Positions 55,915 through 64,000 of a DNA stretch of 64,000 nucleotides are shown one piece after another. Below the pieces are notes generated by a model, which searched no databases, was not told the origin of the DNA, and saw only the letters and a list, made by a program, of their open reading frames with translations. A program made the translations under genes and the position numbers. This DNA comes from Eledone cirrhosa (taxonomy: Eukaryota), in assembly GCA_964016885.1 (NCBI GenBank), contig OZ024741.1, positions 232,500,001 through 232,564,000 on the forward strand. Direction: 5' to 3'. Position 1 is the first letter of the stretch; each line of letters starts with the position of its first letter.

Positions 55915-56565
55915 AATGAAACGAAATTTCATTTCTCATTCTTGATACGGCTGATATCTAAATATAAGTTTATATACGTACATACATATATGTGTACAGA
56001 TGCACAGTAGTAGGTATATATATACATACATGCACACACACATATATATATATATACGTATGGGTTTACCGAATATTTATTATAATGTTCGGTTTGTTTG
56101 TAAATAAACACCCAGAATTATGCCGTACAGTGCTCGGCAACCATCGTCGCCATATTTATTCAACACTGACACAGGAACGATGTACTAGTTTCAGCTTATT
56201 AGCTATCGTCACCAACGTTTACCTTTCTGTCAGATGATTGAACGTCTGAAAGTATATACGTTCCTTATGCATATTAACGGCTGAGCAGCCTTATTTGCAT
56301 ATCGAGTGAGTTAGTCGGTCGGGTATACCGAAAACGATAAATGGAAAAAATAAAACGAAATTTCATTTCTCACTCTTCGTACGGCTGATACCTAAATATA
56401 AGTATGTATACGTACTGCATAATTCGGGCTGTTTATTTACAAACAAACCGAACATTATAATAAATGTTCGGTAAACCCATACGTACATATATATATGTGT
56501 GCATGTATGTATATATATACATACTACTGTGCGTCTGTAAACATATATGTATGTACGTATACATG
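55915..56565. repeat. Direct + inverted repeat structure containing a hammerhead-like motif
   Basis: 55915-55982 repeats directly at 56350-56415; 55975-56128 is inverted at 56412-56562. Confidence 0.8.
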
Positions 56566-56783
56566 TGCATCATGTATTATGTCTTTTACCATATAGCGCT
56601 AGCCTCGGGACCCCCATGCTGGTCATTTTACTTTGTTCTGGTGACGCAGCTCGATGGAGCATGCAACTACTGATATACACATGTTTATAAGCTCTGAAGA
56701 TTCCTGCCATGGTGTATGGATGAAAGACCATTAGCTAATAAAACTATGTATTTCTAAGCACTCTTTGGTTATTCCTATAACTA

Positions 56784-56840
<57 letters not shown>

Positions 56841-56843
<3 letters not shown>

Positions 56844-57542
56844 AGAAATAGTAGACACAGATATATACCTATTTTTGTCTTCAATGTCTCGACTGTACAG
56901 TTTCGCTGGTCAGTATGCAACAATCCTACATCATAGAGATGCAACATTGTTGTGAGGTAAGCCAGCTTTTCAAGGGAACACATTAGGGAAAGAGCGCTTC
57001 CAGACACGTCTGTAGCAAGCGAGAAAATCTCAAAAAGGCGGAGGCAGATATTATCACGTGATACACCGGTCAAGAAAGGGGACTAAATCCCTTGTAGCAG
57101 TGAAAAATATCTCAGAAGGCAGAGGGAGATAATTGATATGATACCGAGTCTACAGAGGGGTGGTAAGGTTGACTGAAAATGTTTATAATGTTTGCTTAAA
57201 AGCAGTTTCTATACTTCCGTGGTTACTCGACCCCTCTGTAGCCTCGGTATCATATCAATATCTCCCTCTGCCTTCTGACATATGTTTCACTGCTACAAGG
57301 GATTTAGTCCCCTTTCTTGACCGGTGTATCACGTGATAATATCTCCCTCCGCCTTTTTGAGATTTTCTCGCTTGCTACAGACGTATCTGGAAGCGCTCTT
57401 TCCCTAAGGTGTTCCCTTGAAAAGCTGGCTTACCTCACAACAATGTTGCATCTCTATGATGTTTCATACTGACTAGCCAAACTGTACAGTCGGGACGTTG
57501 GAGAAAAAAAAAAGGTATATATCTTTGTCTACTATTTCTTCT
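56841..57542. repeat. Inverted repeat, about 320-bp arms and 70-bp spacer, abutting (TA)n
   Basis: 56841-57161 is the reverse complement of 57230-57542, with scattered differences. Confidence 0.9.
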
Positions 57543-57714
57543 TATTTTATAATTTGTTGCATAGCTCTGATATCGAGTCAATTTAATTAATTCGATTATC
57601 TTGTCTCTCATAATATCATGGAGCAACACTGGTTAAGGTCGACAACACACAAACTCACATAATTGTGAAAAATATACGTGTATGTTTGTATGCACATATA
57701 TGTGCGTTCCTCTC

Positions 57715-57782
<68 letters not shown>

Positions 57783-57789
<7 letters not shown>

Positions 57790-58423
57790 GATATTAATAA
57801 ATGGAAACTATATTTATAAAACCATATTTATTTCATTATACATATTTCAGGGATACCACATTAAATTATGGTATGCCTTCATCAGACAAAATACAATATA
57901 TAACAGTTTTACAAATAGCTTTGGCGTACTCTTTTAAAATGCAACCATTACTTTTGGAGGCTGTCTGGATAGTGATTTGTTTATATTATTCTAATAAGTC
58001 ATAGTGTTAAGCACAATTTTTTAATAAGTCATAGTGTTAAGCACAATTTTTTCTTTCTTTTTTATTTCCTCCTATCTTTATTTATCTCTTTCTTTTCTCC
58101 ATACATTTCTCTCTCTCCCTCTCCAATATTTCTCCAGGTTTTCTTTCTCTCTCTCCGTCTTTTTTTTTCTTTCTCTCCGTCTTTTTCTAATTGTGCTTAA
58201 CACTAAGACTTATTAAAATAATATAAACAATTCACTATCCAGACAGCCTCCAAAAGTAATGGTTGCATTTTAAAATGGTACGTCAAAGCTATTTGTAAAA
58301 CTGTTATATATTGTATTTTGTCTGATGAAGGCATACCATAATTTAATGTGGTATCCCTGAAATATGTATAATGAAATAAATATGGTTTTATAAATATAGT
58401 TTCCATTTATTAATATCGTATAT
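57783..58423. repeat. Inverted repeat, about 235-bp arms, abutting (TA)n, hammerhead core in each arm
   Basis: ORFs 57801..58004 (+) and 58203..58406 (-) translate almost identically. CTGATGA..GAAA at 58322-58362. Confidence 0.9.
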
Positions 58424-58506
58424 CTACTCCAAAAACTTGTCGAGTGCTTTATATCAGTTATAAAAATATTTACTTGTTGTATCCCAACAACTTTAAATAG
58501 AACTTT

Positions 58507-58571
<65 letters not shown>

Positions 58572-58605
58572 ATGTATATGTATATATGTATGTATGTTAT
58601 GTATG

Positions 58606-58636
<31 letters not shown>

Positions 58637-58664
58637 ATGTATATATGTATGTATGTTATGTATG

Positions 58665-58734
<70 letters not shown>

Positions 58735-58990
58735 AAAGAATAGAGGTGTAACACACAAGTTATTATATATTGGTAAACGGAATAGAAAATGCTGACAAAT
58801 TGTTCACAGTTGAAAAATGGTTTAATTAGGAATACAAGAGTATTAGTGATTGTATGGGTCAGTATTCAGTTGTGGTTTTAAGTTTTAAGTTTTTACCGGT
58901 TGCGCATTTCTAAATGCTTTTCAAAAATAATTTTGAGATAGAGTGTCCGTGTTGTTTGCTCTGATCTGATTAGTTTTGGGAATTCTACCT

Positions 58991-59210
58991 GTTTTTATGT
59001 TAAAAAAGTGGCTCCAATTTGCAAAAATTCTTGTGGTCAAAACAATTTTGATTGGTCGGTAGAGGTCATGTGAATGTAAAAAATTGATTTTGCGCCAAGA
59101 CTGTTTTTATGTTAAAAAAGTGGCTCCAGCAAAAATTCTTGTGGTCAAAACAATTTTGATTGGTCGGTAGAGGTCATGTGAATAAAAAAAAATTGGTTTT
59201 GCGCCAAGAT
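58991..59210 (+). repeat. About 110-bp direct tandem duplication
   Basis: gtttttatgttaaaaaagtggctcca..gcgccaaga occurs twice. Confidence 0.85.
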
Positions 59211-59225
59211 TGAGAAATGACTCAA

Positions 59226-59792
59226 CAGGGGTTGGACAAAATAATTGAAACACCTAGCATCATAGCATCATCATTTTGAAATATCTATAAAACCGTTAAA
59301 AGCTTGTTTATTTTTATGTTTTTTTATTTATTTTTAGTGTTGCTTAATATGTTTTGTTAAAATTGCTGTTTCTTTTCAGATATCATCAGTAAAAGGTAAT
59401 TAAAGTTCATTAAAATGACAGATCTATCGGACTTTCAAAGAGGTCAAATTGTTGGTGCTTGTATGGCAGCCGCTAGCTTAACGGAAACAGCCGAAATGTT
59501 TGGTGTATCAAGAATTACTTTCTCGAAAGTAATGACAGCCTTTGAGAAAGAGGGAAAAATCTCCTCGTCGAAACAAAACTCCGGAAGAAAACCAAAACTT
59601 TCAGATAGGGACCGTCGGACTATTACGCGAATTGTTAGAAAGGATCACAAAAGTACAGCTCCTAAAATTACTGCAGAGCTTAATGACCACCTCGAGAACA
59701 ATAAAAATAAACAAGCTTTTGAGGGTTTTATAGATATTTCAAAATTATGATGCTATGATGCTAGGTTTTTCCATTATTTTGTCCAACCCCTG
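59226..59792 (+). mobile_element. Tc1-family transposon, internally deleted
   Basis: TIRs of about 90 bp (caggggttggacaaaataa.. / ..ttattttgtccaacccctg|ta). ORF 59415..59750 DLSDFQRGQIVG..SGRKPKLSDRDRR is the paired-like HTH only, with no DDE domain. Confidence 0.9.
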
Positions 59793-59806
59793 TATATATA
59801 TATATG

Positions 59807-60451
59807 GGTAATTTACTATTTTACGTTCACAAACTCAAATAAACATTATCGCTAGTTATGTCTGGAGGTCGAAAGTGAAACTGTTAAGCGGTGAATTAAG
59901 CTTAAAAGTTTCACTTTTGAAAATTACTTTCACTTCTGACAGAGAAAATTATGCCTGGAGGTCGACCTGCTACTGCGCCAAAATATATTGTTCCACCAGA
60001 TGAAGTAATGAATAGCACTCACATTTTGGCTGAGAAATATAATATAACCAAACTTGCAAGAGATGTAACTGATACTTGGAGTTGTATACAGTGGTGTGCA
60101 CGTAGACGGCTTTTACGCAATACTTTGATTGATGACTAACCCCCAACAAATAGGTGGGATTAATGAGGATAGAGAACCAATGACGGTGGAAGTGGATGAA
60201 ACTAATTTTTTCATCGAAAATATCACAGAGAGCAATGGCGAGAGGGTCATTGATTGTATGGGGGGATTGCTTTTAATTCTATGTCTCTTTTTGTATCTAA
60301 TAATTTTTCTCTCTCTTTTTCAATAAGAGTAAAATTACTTGTGTGAGTAATTTTACTTGTGGTTCACCGCTTAACAGTTTCACTTTCGACCTCCAGACAT
60401 AACTAGGGATAATGTTTATTTGAGTTTGTGAACGTAAAATAGTAAATTACC
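59807..60451 (+). mobile_element. Merlin (IS1016/IS1595-like) DNA transposon, internally deleted
   Basis: TIRs of about 90 bp starting ggtaatttac, set in (TA)n. Across a frameshift it reads IGG..TVEVDETNF.HRKYHR..W..GH..YGGI, the first-Asp motif of ISXO2/Merlin transposases. Confidence 0.8.
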
Positions 60452-60665
60452 TATATATATATATGCATGGACAGCAGCTTTTAGAGAAAAGCATTGGAAT
60501 TAATTCGTTTCGTCCATGCCATGTCTTTAAACTGAGTGGAATTCAGCGATTCACATCGGATCTCCTGTCATAAATGGTCGACGGGAGGGTTGTTATATTT
60601 CGACTCTGATATTCAAGTATCAATAGCAAAATTGCATTTTTAAATATAGACTTTATTATTTGCAG

Positions 60666-60797
60666 AGTGCAAGAAGGGAACGTTTGGAGATAACTTTACC
60701 CACGAATGTCATTCCATTGATGATATATGTCACCATAAGACTGGTTATTGTATTAATGGATGTGGACCTGAATATACAGGTGCATCTTGCCAAAAAG
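60666..60797 (+). CDS. EGF-like exon (type B), two cysteines lost
   Basis: atttgcag acceptor and gtgagt donor. 132 nt, phase 1-1, (E)CKKGTFGDNFTHECHSIDDICHHKTGYCINGCGPEYTGASCQK. Open frame, but Cys2>Phe and Cys4>Ser relative to the 27414 exon. Confidence 0.75.
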
Positions 60798-61219
60798 GTG
60801 AGTGCGACATACTACTGATAGTTTTATTGTAATTACGAGGACGATATAAGTTAAAGTTTGAAGGAACAGTATTTTATCAAAGTCCCTAATACAGTAATAC
60901 CTTGAATATTTGCCTTATGTGTCCACGTTTAAGTGAGTGTTTCCGTATCCTCATGTAGCCATGATAGTTCATAATTTATGTGACGTTACATCATTTGCAT
61001 AATGTAACTGTGTTATTTGGGAGTATCTCATTATACTTCCACCCATACTGTGTTTTGCTTTTGTTTAGTTTGAGATACTTTGAACAAAATATCATTTTAT
61101 TAGCAGTAGTGTATGTAGCATCTGCAGCATATCACAGTTCCCATTCGAGGGAGGTAATATTGTTTAGTGTACAGTTGGTTAACTTTTGTTGGCGCTTTTT
61201 GACGAGTAATAGAGCTCTG

Positions 61220-62525
61220 ATAACCACTGGCATTAATTCGGCGAGGAACCCATCACTCAAAGGTCGGGCGGAGGTGGCGAACGCGTACATCGCGTCCTCA
61301 TCTACTACCGCCTGACCGTTGTCCCTTGCCCCATCCGCGCCTCGCTAGCTTGGAACGGCTCCTCTTCAAGTTCTTGTGGAGAGGAGAGGTTCAATTGGAG
61401 AGGTGGTCCAGCTGCTGCCAGCACTCTCTACGCGGAGGGCTGGGCATGCTGTCCTAATGATGTAGAGACAAGAACTAAGGCTGGGGCATCTCCAGATATT
61501 CTTCCTAAACGGTGAACAGGTGTGGTCGCCGTTTGTTAGAGGGGTCTTTCCGCAGCTGCAGTCCTGGGTCAAGGAGAGACCGAGACTGGGTGAATTGCAC
61601 CTGGAATGTTGCCAGGTACTCACTGCCTTCTACCTGGCTGGCAATGCGGTCAGTGGAACTTCCATTCACGAGTTCTATAGAGGATTAGCGGTAGGCAAGT
61701 TCGACGACGCACTCGAAGATGCTCTGGGCGTTGCCAAAGTCGAAATAACCAGTCTGTTCCCGAGGACTTTCGAACCGGGGATCATGGATAACTTCCAGAA
61801 ACCCCTCACTTAGCAGTGCTACAGATGGGCATGGCCAGTTTCAGATAAACACTACAGACACAGAAGTGTTGTCAGACGGAACTGCCCGAGTTGCGCAAAT
61901 GAAACCGTTCTTCACACACTCATCCAGTGTCCGTGTATTACTGACATGGAGTTATGTCAAACAGCTGCCGTCACATGTAGAACGGATCGGACTATCGGCC
62001 GAGGCCATAGTGAAGATCGACCCGCCGCCTCCTTTTTGCCAGGACGAGTTGGCAAATGTTCTCTGTCTGGTGGCAGTAGCGAAGGACCAGGTTGAAAGGA
62101 TTGAAGACAGACACTTTTCTCTTCGGCAAATCTCTCATCAACTTTTTCAAGTTTCACTTGGAAAGGAAGGGGAGGGTGGAGAGAGAAGTGCTTCCCCCCA
62201 GTACATTTGCTGAAAGGTGGGTGAATGTGGCGAGAATGGCCCGTGTAAGTGGGCCTACTCTGATCATGCGGCTGTAGGTGGGTAAATTTAACGAATAGAA
62301 GGGTGCTCTTCCAGGGTGCTCTCGAAGCGTCGGGTCGTTCAGGATTGGTGGGGTACCTAACTCTGGGTAGTCATTCCCCCTATTGGGGAATTTTTCATTC
62401 ATGTATTTTTTATGCTTATTGTTATTGTTTTGTTATTTTTTACTCAATGTTTATGTAAAACCACCACTGTTCTAGACTATTGTATTGTCCCTTATATGTC
62501 GGCCATTGTGGCCAATAAATAAAAT
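61220..62525 (+). mobile_element. Tx1/L1-clade LINE 3' fragment
   Basis: C-terminal ORF2 remnants (LINFFKFHL..ERWV), 3' UTR, aataaa and (ATT)n tail. Confidence 0.8.
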
Positions 62526-62537
62526 TATTATTATTAT

Positions 62538-63400
62538 TATAGAGGATTAGTGGAGGAGAAGAGCAACGACGTACTTGTGGAGACTCTGGGCGTCGACGAA
62601 AATCAACTAGCCAATCTCTTCGGGAGAACTTTCGGGCCGGGGCCTATTGACAACTTCCCGAAATACCTGGCCTGGAAGTGCTACCGAGGAGCTTTGCCAG
62701 TTTGGGATAAACTCCACAGGCATGGAAGTGCCGTCAGCCGGGCATCTCCGATATGCGCGCAGGGCAACGAAACCGTCCTGCACGCATCCGTCGAGTGACC
62801 GAGCATTGCTGACTTGTGGGTTTATGTCGAACACCTGCTGTCGCGTATAGGATGGATCCGGCTATCAGCTGATGCCATCGTGAGGATTGCCCCGACCTCT
62901 TACTTTAGCCGGGAAGGGCAGGCAATTTTTATCTGTCTGGTGGCCATGGCGAAAGAGATAGTGTGGTGGACGTGTTTGAAAGGGCTGAAGACGAGCACTT
63001 ACCTCTTCGGTGATGCCCTGATTAACTTTTTCAAATTTCATTTGAAAAGGGAAATCGGCGTAGAGAGGGAAGTACTCTCTTCCCAGCATTTTGTTGAAAG
63101 ATGGGTGAGAGAGGCAAGCATGGCCCGAGATAATGGGCCTACTCTGAGTATGCGCCCGTAAATTGAAGGTAGAAAACTGGAAGAGGGCACTTGCTCTGGT
63201 GTTCAGGGTCAGCGTGGCTTTTTTAATAGGCTTTCTCCACGAATGTCCGTCGGAAGTTTCCCCCTATTGAGGAATCTTTCATTGTTTCTTTTTTAAACAC
63301 AGAAATGCCCATTTGTACCGTCCTGTATTGTCCTTAATGTTTTACTTTGTGTCAACCCTTCTGGCTAATAAAGAAAGCATTATTATTATTATTATTATTG
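62538..63400 (+). mobile_element. Tx1/L1-clade LINE 3' fragment (second, tandem)
   Basis: YRGALPV.DKL..ETVLHA and LINFFKFHLKRE; aataaa and (ATT)n tail. Confidence 0.85.
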
Positions 63401-63409
63401 TTTTATTTA

Positions 63410-64000
63410 ACAGTTTACCTCGTTTTCAACAGTTCTTAACCTTTTATTCAAGTTTTAAACTTGATAAAAGTTTAGAAGAAGTGACCCACATAATACAGGG
63501 GTTCACTCGTAAATAATACGGCACCCCTTTATGGGGTGTCGTATTATGTAAAAAATTATTTGAAAAAAAAAAATTTCTTTCAACATGGATAACACAAAAG
63601 AGAGAGAGCGCTGTCAGACATCACACTGATGGAGGGGGACTTTGTCAACATGTTAATAGACAGCGTTCTAGCGTATTTAAATGTAAAAGAAAATATTACG
63701 AAGGAAAAGAGGAACAATATAATTTTTAATGATATTGTTACAGGTTTAAAATTACCTAATATTAATAACACAAACAACACCAACAATAACACCAACAACA
63801 ACACCATCAATAACAACACCAACAACAAAAATAACAGCGATGAGGTCGAGAAAGACAATCGCAACTGCCACAACAGTAACAGCAGCAACAGTATCAACGA
63901 ACAACAACAATGACAGCAATAGCAGCAGCAACAGTACCAACGAAAACAACAATGACACCAACACTAGTAACAACGATCTTAGCACCAACAACAATACCAG
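63410..64000 (+). repeat. Second copy of segment X (see 32565-33300)
   Basis: Close similarity to 32565-33260, including the AAC-rich tract. Runs off the end of the window. Confidence 0.8.

Overview
AT-rich, microsatellite-dense animal DNA. The tRNA-SINE families and repeat landscape suggest an octopod cephalopod; this is inference from recalled consensus sequences, not a database search. The window appears to be the interior of one large + strand gene. Four phase-1/phase-1 exons (9529-9651, 27414-27545, 51967-52101, 60666-60797) each encode one 8-Cys EGF-like module of MEGF10/CED-1/SREC type. They are arranged A-B-A-B, their introns share homologous sequence, and the two outer exons are decaying. 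The introns are filled with degraded mobile DNA: Tx1/L1-type, R4/Dong-type and CRE-type non-LTR fragments, at least six Penelope-like (RT + GIY-YIG) remnants, Helitrons (one with an intron-containing Rep N-terminus), deleted Tc1 and Merlin transposons, MITEs and about 12 SINEs. The most unusual signal is a set of more than 10 minimal hammerhead-ribozyme-like motifs. Several have a compensatory U3-A8 core and self-complementary stem III. They sit at the 3' ends of Penelope-like elements and inside short non-coding palindromic or tandem-plus-inverted elements anchored at (TA)n tracts. No intact autonomous element, rRNA, true tRNA or CRISPR array was seen. Coordinates were counted by hand, and element boundaries may be off by tens of bases.
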